This document shows, piece after piece, positions 38,521 to 46,818 of a stretch of DNA of 64,000 nucleotides. Every line of letters starts with the position of its first letter. Position 1 is the first letter of the stretch. The notes under the pieces were generated by a model that was not told the DNA's origin, ran no database searches, and saw only the letters and a program-made list of their open reading frames with translations. Position numbers and translations under genes: made by a program. Source of the DNA: an uncultured Gammaproteobacteria bacterium (GTDB lineage Bacteria > Patescibacteriota > Microgenomatia > Levybacterales > UBA12049); the NCBI GenBank assembly GCA_964637955.1, contig CAZWXQ010000002.1, positions 199,782 through 263,781 of the forward strand, given 5' to 3'.

Positions 38521-39627
38521 ATGATTAAAAGTGAAAAAGAAAAGCTAAAATTTCTGGCAGTACATGTAATTAATCCAAGAGCAGATAGAGAGGAATCTAT
38601 CCAAAACGGTGAGGAATTGGAATCTTTGATCTCAACTCTTGGTGGAGAGATTGAAAATCGAATAATCCAAAAGCTAGAACGGCCTGATTTGAGAACTTTC
38701 GTGGGTCGAGGAAAAGTTCAATCTATTATTGAAATCCTTAAAGAAAAACAGGCTGACATAGTAGTTCTAAATGCTATGGCAAAACCAGGGCAGGTTTTTA
38801 ATTTAAAATCAGAACTCCAGAAAGAATTTCCTCAGATTGAGGTTTGGGATAGGGTAGATCTTATTCTTCATATTTTTGATAAACATGCTGTTTCTTCTGA
38901 AGCGAAATTACAAATTGAATTAGCTAGGATGCGGTATATGGGGCCGCGCATTTATGGCATGGGAATGGTGATGTCTCGCCAAGGTGGCGGAATTGGCACT
39001 GTAGGTGTTGGAGAAACTAATACTGAGCTTATGAAACGACACTGGAGAGATGAAATGAAAAATGTGCAAGATCAGCTTAAAAAGCTAACAGAAGAGCGCG
39101 AAAAACAGATCGAAAGAAGAAAAGAGCAGGGTTATAAGACAGTGTCTATTGTGGGTTACACAAACGCTGGCAAGACTTCCCTTTTTAATCTACTGACTAA
39201 GAAAGCCAATCTAGTAGAAAATGCCTTGTTTGCTACTCTAGATAGCGCTGTTGGGAAGTTATATTTACCAGATTTGGGACGAGAGATATTGCTTACTGAT
39301 ACGATTGGATTTATAAGAAGTTTGCCCCCAAGACTTATCGATGCATTCAAGTCTACTCTCATAGAGTCAATACATGCTGATGTACTTTTGCATGTAATTG
39401 ATGCAAGTGACCCTGAAATGGATTTAAAGATAGACGTCGTAAATAGAATACTTGGTGAAATAGGGAGAACAAATGAGAGAATGGTTTTCGTATTTAATAA
39501 GATTGATAAAGCTGATATAGACGCGTTAATCGATAAATACAGTTATTATTCACCGGTATTTATTTCTGTTAAGAAAGAAGAAGGAATCGAGGAGCTAAAG
39601 AATGAGATATCTAAATTACTGCTCTGA
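38521..39627 (+). CDS. hflX: GTPase HflX
   Basis: HflX N-domain. G1 GYTNAGKTSLFN, G3 DTIGF. Confidence 0.85.
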   Translation: MIKSEKEKLKFLAVHVINPRADREESIQNGEELESLISTLGGEIENRIIQKLERPDLRTFVGRGKVQSIIEILKEKQADIVVLNAMAKPGQVFNLKSELQKEFPQIEVWDRVDLILHIFDKHAVSSEAKLQIELARMRYMGPRIYGMGMVMSRQGGGIGTVGVGETNTELMKRHWRDEMKNVQDQLKKLTEEREKQIERRKEQGYKTVSIVGYTNAGKTSLFNLLTKKANLVENALFATLDSAVGKLYLPDLGREILLTDTIGFIRSLPPRLIDAFKSTLIESIHADVLLHVIDASDPEMDLKIDVVNRILGEIGRTNERMVFVFNKIDKADIDALIDKYSYYSPVFISVKKEEGIEELKNEISKLLL

Positions 39628-40137
39628 TGCGTATCTAGCTTTACCTTCATTAATTATTCTAAAAGCTTCATTTTTTCCTAACCAGCCATCTACATTCACT
39701 TCTTTATTTTCAAGAGTTTTATAAACTTCAAAAAAGTGTTGAATTTCGTTTTTATGGTGTTCATCAAGGTCATCAAGTGAGTTTACTTCTTTAAGTCTTG
39801 GATCTGAGTTACAAATACAAATAATTTTGTGATCTTCACCTTTATCATCAGTCATTGCTAGAACTCCAATTGGGCGCACTTCCATGACACACCCAGGAAA
39901 AGTAGGTTCAGAAATTATAATAAGAGCGTCTAAATGATCTCCGTCTCCTCCTCTGGTATCAGGAATAAATCCATAATCTGTAGGGTAAAAAACACTAGAA
40001 TGAAGCACGCGATCAAGTTTGATCTCATGCATCTTTTCATCATATTCATATTTGTGATGAGATCCGCGCGGTATCTCAATCACAACATTTAATTTTTCAG
40101 GAGACTGCTCTCCAATCCTTACGTTTGTAAAAGACAT
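39616..40137 (-). CDS. ppa: Inorganic pyrophosphatase (family I)
   Basis: DGDHLDALII and PRGSHHKYEYD motifs. Confidence 0.85.
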   Translation of the reverse strand: MSFTNVRIGEQSPEKLNVVIEIPRGSHHKYEYDEKMHEIKLDRVLHSSVFYPTDYGFIPDTRGGDGDHLDALIIISEPTFPGCVMEVRPIGVLAMTDDKGEDHKIICICNSDPRLKEVNSLDDLDEHHKNEIQHFFEVYKTLENKEVNVDGWLGKNEAFRIINEGKARYASEQ

Positions 40138-40178
40138 AATGATATTATAGCATAAATAGGCCTATAATGCTAGTTTTT

Positions 40179-40403
40179 TTAAATCTCGGGATATAAAGTC
40201 TTAATGACATGATCCGGTGCATCAGCCACTAATTTTACCAATGTTTTAATTGATTCAGCGTCAGGTTGACCACCCTGTATTTTTCCCTTCACTACTCTAT
40301 TATGCGCTACCGCTATAGTAAGTGCGTCAGGTTTTTGTTCACCAGCCTCATTTATAATAATATCAGTTTTATCTATAGTTCCAATACTACTTTCTCTTTC
40401 CAT
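40179..40403 (-). CDS. Small hypothetical protein (~74 aa) with strong SD; leader-attenuator gene set
   Basis: AAAGGAGGTGATTATT then ATG at 40403. Protein MERESSIGTIDKTD... Confidence 0.5.
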   Translation of the reverse strand: MERESSIGTIDKTDIIINEAGEQKPDALTIAVAHNRVVKGKIQGGQPDAESIKTLVKLVADAPDHVIKTLYPEI

Positions 40404-40585
40404 AATAATCACCTCCTTTCTTTTAATTTATTTGCTTTTCCGTTAGGAAAAGTTTAGTAAAATCTTATGCTATCTTTAGGTCGAATATATTTAAGTCTCT
40501 TATTGAGTACCGAATGGTACGAGATTTAGAGTTAATTATCCTAACTAATGACGGTTAGGACTTTAGTCACTTTACTTTTTTGACC

Positions 40586-40610
40586 ACAAAAAACCTCCCA
40601 TTCGGGAGGT
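40586..40610 (-). terminator. Leader terminator/attenuator ACCUCCC-GAAU-GGGAGGU plus U6, ~180 nt upstream of the 40403 start
   Basis: Plus strand reads acaaaaaacctcccattcgggaggt. An upstream P1 hairpin ACUUCC-UUUAAC-GGGAGGU could pair alternatively with the terminator 5-prime arm. Confidence 0.55.
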
Positions 40611-40695
40611 CAGTGACCTGTTATTTTACAACAGCACCTTACCTCCCGTTAAAGGAAGTAAAGTAAAAATATACTGCTGTTCTAATCATGGATTT

Positions 40696-40724
40696 ATAAT
40701 AGCAAAATTATCATAAACTTTCAA
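40696..40724 (-). promoter_or_regulatory. Promoter TTGAAA-17-TATTAT for the 40403 leader
   Basis: Minus-strand TTGAAAgtttatgataattttgcTATTAT. Confidence 0.45.
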
Positions 40725-40751
40725 TTAAAACCTGTTAGCCTCGATTAGCCT

Positions 40752-40780
40752 CGCAAGGCCAGGCCTTGCGAGGCTGGAGT
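40752..40780. repeat. REP palindrome (perfect copy) with partial duplication of its 5-prime flank (tagcctcgaTTAGCCTCG)
   Basis: Read directly. Lies 42 nt downstream of the truncated greA stop. Confidence 0.9.
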
Positions 40781-40822
40781 AGGTGGAGTACTTGGTTGAT
40801 CGTGAGTTGGTTAAGATCTTTG

Positions 40823-41107
40823 CTAGTTAATGCGCCTTAAGATTACCGTGTGGCCTATTTGCACAGTTTCATTTTGCTTTGGTTTTTCAATAATTTTGGC
40901 GTTTTCCATAAGATGAGATAAGTGTCTAATTTTTCTATCCAAATCAGAGAGTTCAAATCTGGCTCCTTTATAAAACCCGTTTTCCGAGAGATCCCCCATC
41001 GCCCTTGCTCTAGCAAGTGTCGCTACAGCTTCAGGTCGTCTTTTCTTAGCATCCTCGAGATCATTTTTAAATTTAGCAAATCCTTCCTTTGTAAATAAAT
41101 ATGCCAT
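40823..41107 (-). CDS. greA: Transcription elongation factor GreA, N-terminal coiled-coil domain only (truncated; possible pseudogene)
   Basis: GDLSENGFYKGARFE matches the GreA N-domain. The ORF ends ~20 aa into the C-terminal FKBP-like domain (VQIGHTVIL then stop). No downstream frame continues the protein. Confidence 0.6.
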   Translation of the reverse strand: MAYLFTKEGFAKFKNDLEDAKKRRPEAVATLARARAMGDLSENGFYKGARFELSDLDRKIRHLSHLMENAKIIEKPKQNETVQIGHTVILRRIN

Positions 41108-41111
41108 AATT

Positions 41112-41669
41112 TTATTTTAGTATTTTTTTAAGATCATTGATAGCTTTTGTGGGAAGTCCTAATACATTTAGCATATCTCCATCAATCTTTTCTACGAATT
41201 TATCAGCGCCGTCTTGAATTCCATATGCTCCCGCAAACCCAAGTACATTAGTACTATTTATATAATCATCAATTTCATTATTTGTTAATACTTTAAATTT
41301 AACGAAGCTTATATCGTATGAAGTAATTGATTCTTTTGCGCTAATAATTGTATATCCAGTAATTACTTTGTGTCTGGTTCCAGATAAATCTTGTAGCATT
41401 TTTTTTGCATGGTCTAAATCTTTTGCTTTGCTAAGGATTTTTCCATCTAAATCAACTGTGGTATCTGCTCCAATCACAATATTATTTTTAAATTTGACAA
41501 ATATTTTTTCAGCCTTAAGTTTTGATAATATTTTTACCATTTCCAGAGGACTTAGGTTTTCATATTCCTCTTCCTTGATATCAGCAGGTTCCATGACAAA
41601 ATCAAATCCACTTTCTTTAAGGATTTTTTGTCGCCTTGGAGACTTCGAAGCTAAAATTAGCTTAGACAT
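41112..41669 (-). CDS. maf: Maf-like nucleoside triphosphate pyrophosphatase
   Basis: LILASKSPRRQKIL N-terminus. Confidence 0.8.
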   Translation of the reverse strand: MSKLILASKSPRRQKILKESGFDFVMEPADIKEEEYENLSPLEMVKILSKLKAEKIFVKFKNNIVIGADTTVDLDGKILSKAKDLDHAKKMLQDLSGTRHKVITGYTIISAKESITSYDISFVKFKVLTNNEIDDYINSTNVLGFAGAYGIQDGADKFVEKIDGDMLNVLGLPTKAINDLKKILK

Positions 41670-42013
41670 TACTTAACTGAGGAAACGATTTGCTTAAATG
41701 TTTCAGGATCGTTTTGAACTAATTCATTTAAAATTTTTCTATCTAGTTCGATATTTGCTTTCTTAAGCTTATTCATAAACACAGAATATGAAACTCCTTC
41801 TTTTTTAGTGGCTTCAGAGATTCTGGTTATCCAAAGAGCTCTGTTATTTCTTTTTCTGAGCTTTCTTCCGTGATATGCATATTCACCAGCATGAAGATAC
41901 GCTTCTTTCGCATCTTTTGTAAGCCTACTATTGGTACCAATATAGCCTTTATTGCTTTCGTGTAATTTGTTATGTTTTCTTCGGGATACTACTCCTCTTT
42001 TTACTCTACTCAT
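41669..42013 (-). CDS. rplT: 50S ribosomal protein L20
   Basis: RVKRGVVSRRKHNKL...KGYIG. Confidence 0.9.
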   Translation of the reverse strand: MSRVKRGVVSRRKHNKLHESNKGYIGTNSRLTKDAKEAYLHAGEYAYHGRKLRKRNNRALWITRISEATKKEGVSYSVFMNKLKKANIELDRKILNELVQNDPETFKQIVSSVK

Positions 42014-42017
42014 ATTT

Positions 42018-42221
42018 TTATGCTACGTTTAACATTCTCTTTATTCTTTTTCCAAATGCACCAGTTAGTTCGCCTTGAGCACGACCTCGTCTTATTTGAC
42101 CTTTACTTTTATGTGATTTTCTGTGTCCTGCATTCTGGCGTGAGTGTAAAACTTTTCCGGTTTTTGTAACCTTAAAGCGTCTACTTACTGCTCTTTTTAC
42201 TTTTATTTTATTTTTTTTCAT
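42018..42221 (-). CDS. rpmI: 50S ribosomal protein L35
   Basis: Basic 67-aa protein. infC-rpmI-rplT gene order. Confidence 0.8.
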   Translation of the reverse strand: MKKNKIKVKRAVSRRFKVTKTGKVLHSRQNAGHRKSHKSKGQIRRGRAQGELTGAFGKRIKRMLNVA

Positions 42222-42223
42222 TT

Positions 42224-42817
42224 TTATTGTCTTTCAGGATTTATTTCTTCCTGGCCTTCAGCTGTTTTTACTTCCTTATGTTTTTCTGGAGAAAGCATCG
42301 TGATAAGCTGTCTTCCTTCAAAATGTGGACTTTTATCCACTTTTGAAATGTCTGAGAGCATTTCTGTTGCTTTTCCTATTACCTTATGTCCGAACTCTGG
42401 ATGACCCATCTGTCTGCCTTTGAATCTGACTACAAGTTTTACTTTGTCATTTTCTTCAAGAAACTCGCGGGCTCTATTTACCATTGTTTCCAAATCATGT
42501 TCATTCATGAATGGGCCAAGGCGAATTTCTTTGGTTTCAGAATTCTTGGCTTTTTTCTTTTCTTCTCGTCTCTTTTTCTCTTCCTGATAAAGAAACTTCT
42601 TAAAGTCAATAATTCTAGCAACCGGCGGTTTAGCAGTTGGGGCAATTTCTACTAAATCAAGTCCGAGCTCTCTGGCTTTATCGATTGCTTCCTGTTTTTT
42701 AAGAATTCCTATTTGCTTTCCTTCCGAATCTAAAACTCGAAGTTCAGAAGCAAATATACGCTCGTTTAATTTATAGAACTTTACCGGTGTTTTATTTTTA
42801 TTGTACTTTTTTACCAA
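42224..42817 (-). CDS. infC: Translation initiation factor IF-3
   Basis: INERIFASELRVLDSEGKQIGIL...LDLVEIAP. True start may be a non-ATG codon, as usual for infC. Confidence 0.85.
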   Translation of the reverse strand: MVKKYNKNKTPVKFYKLNERIFASELRVLDSEGKQIGILKKQEAIDKARELGLDLVEIAPTAKPPVARIIDFKKFLYQEEKKRREEKKKAKNSETKEIRLGPFMNEHDLETMVNRAREFLEENDKVKLVVRFKGRQMGHPEFGHKVIGKATEMLSDISKVDKSPHFEGRQLITMLSPEKHKEVKTAEGQEEINPERQ

Positions 42818-44576
42818 TTTCTTCTTTGACCTTTCGCAAAAACTGGGAAAGCTCTAGTTTTCCTAGGTCTTCCCCGTCGCGAGATCTAACAGAAATTGAA
42901 TTATCTTCAATTTCCTTATCGCCTATTATACCTAAATATGGCACTTTTTGCAAAGTGGCTTCTCGAATCTTCAATTGTAGCCTTTCAGATCTAGTATCTA
43001 CCTCACATTTTATGCCGTTTTCGATCAGCTCACTGTTAATTTTTAAGGCAAAATCTATGTGTTTATCTGAAATTGGAAGCAGTTTAACTTGAACTGGAGA
43101 AAGCCAAATCGGAAATTTTCCAGCGTAATGTTCAGTGAGAATTCCTATAAATCTTTCAAAGCTTCCCAGAATTGCCCTGTGAAATACAAAAGGCATTTGT
43201 TCTTTCCCTTCATTATTAATGTAGTTTAGTCCAAATCTTTTTGGTTGCTGAATATCAAGCTGCACAGTTCCTGTTTGCCATTCTCGATTCAGCGAGTCGC
43301 GCATAAGAATATCTACTTTTGGTCCATAAAAAGCTCCTTCACCTTCCTCCGTATAAAATTCCTTGCCTGAAGCTTCAAGTACTTCTCTAAGTATTTTTTC
43401 TACATTCTCCCAATCAGAAATTTCACCAAGTGCTTTTTCAGGTCTTGTCCCAAAACGAAGTTTGTATGAAAGTCCAAATGGAACATACATTTCTTCAATC
43501 ATATTCATAAGGTTTTTAAATTCTTCCTGCGCTTGATCTGGAGTTATAAAAATATGAGCATCGTCCTGTCTAAATTGCCTAATTCTAAAAAGCCCATTTA
43601 GTGTTCCTGAAAGCTCATATCTATGAAGTATGCTTGTGTCAGCAAGTCTCATTGGCAAGTCATTGTATGATCTTAGTTTTGAACCAAAGATGGTCATGGC
43701 GTTTGGACAGTTCATAGGTTTTACTCCGAATACTTCAGCGCCCTCAAAAACTTCGTTGGATTCGCCGGTGATATAACTCATTGGAGAAACAAACATGTCA
43801 TCCTTATAATGAGACCAATGGCCTGATGTTTCATATAACTCTTTTTTATTTAGAATTGGAGTTGAGACTTCGCGGTATCCATATTTTTTATATTTTTCTC
43901 TCACGAAATCATAAAGAGTGTTGTATAGAGTTAGGCCATTTGGAAGCCAATAAGCCATTCCAGGAGCAGTTTCTTCAAAAATAAATAAGTCTAGTTCTCG
44001 ACCCAATTTTTTATGGTCTCGTTTCTTTGCCTCCTCAAGCATTTCAAGATATTTGTCCAGTTCTTCCTGGCTCGCAAAAGCTGTGCCATAAATGCGAGTT
44101 AGCATTTTATTTTTTTCACTTCCCCGCCAATAAGCTCCAGCTAGACTAAGAAGTTTGAACGCGCCGATTTCTTCTGAAGGATTTTCGCAGTGGCCTCCTC
44201 GGCAAAGATCTTCAAATTCCCCAGCTTTATAGAAAGTAATTTTTTCATCTTTTCCGACTATTTCATCGATAAGTTCCAGTTTGTATGGATTATTTTTATA
44301 AAAATCTTTTGCTTCGTTTTCGATTAATTCCCTGTGAGAAAATGATGTCCAAGTTGGAAGGATTTTTTTCATCTCCTCTTCAATTTTTGGTAAATCATCT
44401 TCAGAGATTGATGAGCTCATGTCTAAATCGTAGTAAAAACCATTTTCAATCGCAGGGCCTATTGTTAGCTTCGTGTCAGGATAAAGATTAAGAATCGCTG
44501 CTGCGAGAAGATGCGCAGATGAATGTCTAATGTTTGAGAGATTATTTGAATCCATAGCTAATTCGCATTTTATCAA
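42798..44576 (-). CDS. thrS: Threonyl-tRNA synthetase (592 aa, short N-terminus)
   Basis: Class II motifs (RFGLSYKLRF, HRAILGSFERFIGIL). Upstream of infC. Confidence 0.85.
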   Translation of the reverse strand: MIKCELAMDSNNLSNIRHSSAHLLAAAILNLYPDTKLTIGPAIENGFYYDLDMSSSISEDDLPKIEEEMKKILPTWTSFSHRELIENEAKDFYKNNPYKLELIDEIVGKDEKITFYKAGEFEDLCRGGHCENPSEEIGAFKLLSLAGAYWRGSEKNKMLTRIYGTAFASQEELDKYLEMLEEAKKRDHKKLGRELDLFIFEETAPGMAYWLPNGLTLYNTLYDFVREKYKKYGYREVSTPILNKKELYETSGHWSHYKDDMFVSPMSYITGESNEVFEGAEVFGVKPMNCPNAMTIFGSKLRSYNDLPMRLADTSILHRYELSGTLNGLFRIRQFRQDDAHIFITPDQAQEEFKNLMNMIEEMYVPFGLSYKLRFGTRPEKALGEISDWENVEKILREVLEASGKEFYTEEGEGAFYGPKVDILMRDSLNREWQTGTVQLDIQQPKRFGLNYINNEGKEQMPFVFHRAILGSFERFIGILTEHYAGKFPIWLSPVQVKLLPISDKHIDFALKINSELIENGIKCEVDTRSERLQLKIREATLQKVPYLGIIGDKEIEDNSISVRSRDGEDLGKLELSQFLRKVKEEIGKKVQ

Positions 44577-44725
44577 TCCAGCTTCGATTTAGCAATTAGA
44601 TACCCCAGCACTTTTAATTATAAATTACTTTTAATACAATTAAATGCTGGTTCAGGCGTAAAACTGCTGCTTCCAGATAAAAGGCACTACTGGAGCTAAT
44701 AAAATTAAGAGAAATAAAAGTCTTT

Positions 44726-44953
44726 TCATCTTCCAGGAACTTGTTCACCGGTTAGCACAATATAGTTTATGACTTTTGCGGCAAAGTCTCCCACCACTGG
44801 AACCAAATCTATTCTAGAGCCAATAAATGCAAGTACTCCCAAAAAAACAGAAAGGCCAACTGTGATTCCGAGGCCCCAAGCGATTCCCCCAATAAAGTTA
44901 TTTGTAAAAATAGCTTTTTTAGTCCTGTTTATATTAAGATGTTTTTCTTCCAC
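44726..44953 (-). CDS. Small membrane protein (75 aa), hypothetical
   Basis: Two predicted TM helices. Confidence 0.35.
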   Translation of the reverse strand: MEEKHLNINRTKKAIFTNNFIGGIAWGLGITVGLSVFLGVLAFIGSRIDLVPVVGDFAAKVINYIVLTGEQVPGR

Positions 44954-45007
44954 TAATATATCTTAGGCAAAACTTCCCGGAAATGTCAAAGTTTGAGGTA
45001 GTTTGTG

Positions 45008-45081
45008 TGGGCCCGACAGGATTCGAACCTGTGACCTCAGCAATGTCAATGCTGCGCTCTAACCAACTGAGCTACGAGCCC
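45008..45081 (-). tRNA. tRNA-Val (anticodon GAC)
   Basis: GGGCTCGTAGCTCAGTTGGTTAGAGCGCAGCATTGACATTGCTGAGGTCACAGGTTCGAATCCTGTCGGGCCCA. Cloverleaf verified by hand. CCA not encoded. Confidence 0.85.
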
Positions 45082-45125
45082 GTGCTGGTTAATTTTAACA
45101 AAACCAGCCTGCGCTTACAAACCCT

Positions 45126-45377
45126 TTAGCTTATAGCACCTGTATTGTCCACTAAAACATTTTCTATAACAGGAGAGGTTGCTACTTCAATTACAGGCTG
45201 AGCAGCAGTTAATGCTCTCTCTGCTCGTTTTTGCGCTGACAATTGTATAATTTCTAGTCTTGAAGCAGGATACGATTCAATTGCTTCACCAGAAACTAAA
45301 TCTTCAACTAGTACATGGGTAATGCCCCCAATTCTAGCTAGTCTTGCTTTTTCCACATAATGTGCTTTATCTATCAT
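45126..45377 (-). CDS. Small hypothetical protein (83 aa) with strong SD; own promoter plus attenuator
   Basis: AGAGGTGATTAATT then ATG. Protein MIDKAHYVEKARLARIGGITHVLV... Confidence 0.5.
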   Translation of the reverse strand: MIDKAHYVEKARLARIGGITHVLVEDLVSGEAIESYPASRLEIIQLSAQKRAERALTAAQPVIEVATSPVIENVLVDNTGAIS

Positions 45378-45428
45378 AATTAATCACCTCTATTCTCCGC
45401 CATGATTTATTGAAGGCTGATTTTTCCA

Positions 45429-45454
45429 CAAAAAAACCGCCCATAAGGCGGTTC
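45429..45454 (-). terminator. Leader terminator/attenuator AACCGCC-UUAUG-GGCGGUU plus U7
   Basis: Plus strand reads cacaaaaaaaccgcccataaggcggtt. Upstream box AACGGCGGUU is complementary to the terminator 5-prime arm. Enclosing stem GUUCUUGC..GCAAGAAC. Confidence 0.55.
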
Positions 45455-45529
45455 TTGCTCATGCAAATAAACCGCCGTTAGGAGGTCATGCAAGAACACA
45501 TAAATACGTTATTTTTCATAGGTTAAGAC

Positions 45530-45558
45530 ATGATATAAAATTGGCTTAATTAAGTCAA
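45530..45558 (-). promoter_or_regulatory. Promoter TTGACT-17-TATCAT for the 45377 leader
   Basis: Minus-strand TTGACTtaattaagccaattttaTATCAT. Confidence 0.45.
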
Positions 45559-45566
45559 TAAATAAA

Positions 45567-45836
45567 TTAGTCTCCTTGGGCTTCCATAATTGCTACTGAT
45601 AATATGTCTGCATGAGCCATAGAATCAAAGATAGTTTGCTGACCAATCTCCTCTGTAATTTCAGAAGCCAATCCTTGCTTGGCTCTTTGTTCGTGCCATC
45701 TTCTATTTGAATCAACAATATTTTGAACAACCATGCCTTCCATACAGTCCCGAATTATTGCAGCGTCTAGTCTGCGATGCGTTTCTCTGGTCTCTGCTAT
45801 TCGTATTACATCTATTTGTTCTGTTTCAATTGTCAT
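45567..45836 (-). CDS. Small hypothetical protein (89 aa) with strong SD
   Basis: AAAGGAGGTGATTAATT then ATG. Protein MTIETEQIDVIRIAETRETHRRLDAA... Confidence 0.5.
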   Translation of the reverse strand: MTIETEQIDVIRIAETRETHRRLDAAIIRDCMEGMVVQNIVDSNRRWHEQRAKQGLASEITEEIGQQTIFDSMAHADILSVAIMEAQGD

Positions 45837-45864
45837 AATTAATCACCTCCTTTCAAGTAAAGTT

Positions 45865-46122
45865 TTATGCATCAGGTCTTGCATTTGCTGCAGTTTTTTC
45901 TGCAATCTGAGCTAATTCTTCCCCTATATTAGCTATGTTTCCTTTCTGTGATGCTATATAAGTTGCCTGCGGTCTTTCAAGAACAGTAGCTTCGCCTGTA
46001 TCGAAAATTGAAACATATCCAGGAGGCGTAACTCTATCTTCCGGATTTATTCCAGGAACATGTCCAGTATAAACCGGTATTTCTCTTGAGCCCTCAACTA
46101 TTATTAATTCGTTATCTATCAT
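45865..46122 (-). CDS. Small hypothetical protein (85 aa) with strong SD (start MIDNELII)
   Basis: AAAGGAGGTGAAAAGAAT then ATG at 46122. Confidence 0.5.
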   Translation of the reverse strand: MIDNELIIVEGSREIPVYTGHVPGINPEDRVTPPGYVSIFDTGEATVLERPQATYIASQKGNIANIGEELAQIAEKTAANARPDA

Positions 46123-46183
46123 ATTCTTTTCACCTCCTTTCATTCATATAATTAAAATTAGTACATAAATTTTCATTATTCGT

Positions 46184-46621
46184 TTAGGTCATATTTGTAA
46201 GATGATGTATATCTCTAGCTCTGTATTTAGCCCTTATTCCTTTTGGAGTTAGTCTCTGTCCATTTGAATAAAGTTCAACTATTTCTCCTTCTATAGTTCC
46301 TTGAAATATAGAGACCGATCCATCTCCCATTTTGGCAAGTGCCTGTAATTCTCTAACTATTTCACCTGCTGTAAAATGACCTGCTGTAAAATTACTGGTT
46401 TCTTCATTTGTTTGTTGTATTATTCCTAGAACACAAGCGCCTGGATTTATCACCGCTTTTACTAATGTTCCTCTTTGAATGTTCCTAATTACTTCTCCTT
46501 GTGGAATATCTAATGGTTTAGTGTCAGACTCGCTGGGTATAGCGAGAAAAGCACTTGAAAATGCCGTTTCGCTTTCCCCATCAATTAATTGTGAATCAAC
46601 TTCGCTCATATTTTTAGCCAT
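46184..46621 (-). CDS. Hypothetical protein (145 aa); first gene of an SD-bearing operon
   Basis: ATG lies immediately after the terminator U7 (GGGAGGUUUUUUUAUG). Contains internal FTAGHFTAG. Confidence 0.5.
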   Translation of the reverse strand: MAKNMSEVDSQLIDGESETAFSSAFLAIPSESDTKPLDIPQGEVIRNIQRGTLVKAVINPGACVLGIIQQTNEETSNFTAGHFTAGEIVRELQALAKMGDGSVSIFQGTIEGEIVELYSNGQRLTPKGIRAKYRARDIHHLTNMT

Positions 46622-46646
46622 AAAAAAACCTCCCTTGTGGGGAGGT
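46622..46646 (-). terminator. Leader terminator/attenuator ACCUCCC-CACAA-GGGAGGU plus U7, directly abutting the start codon
   Basis: Plus strand reads taaaaaaacctcccttgtggggaggt. The only SD for the gene (GGGAGG) is in the hairpin 3-prime arm. An upstream UUACGGGGAAC box could pair with UCCCC. Confidence 0.55.
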
Positions 46647-46741
46647 CTAAGTTTCTGCTTCTGGCCTTATTACGCCACAAACTTAGTTCCCCGTAAGGAG
46701 TTAAGAAGGACGAGAATAAGGTTTCTATTTAACATAGAGTG

Positions 46742-46771
46742 AGTATATCAAAGTGGAATTTTTTCTGTCAA
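46742..46771 (-). promoter_or_regulatory. Promoter TTGACA-18-TATACT for the 46621 operon leader
   Basis: Minus-strand cTTGACAgaaaaaattccactttgaTATACT. Confidence 0.5.
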
Positions 46772-46818
46772 GAAGAAAAAATAAGATGCAGAAACAAGTT
46801 TAGCATGATTGTTTTACT

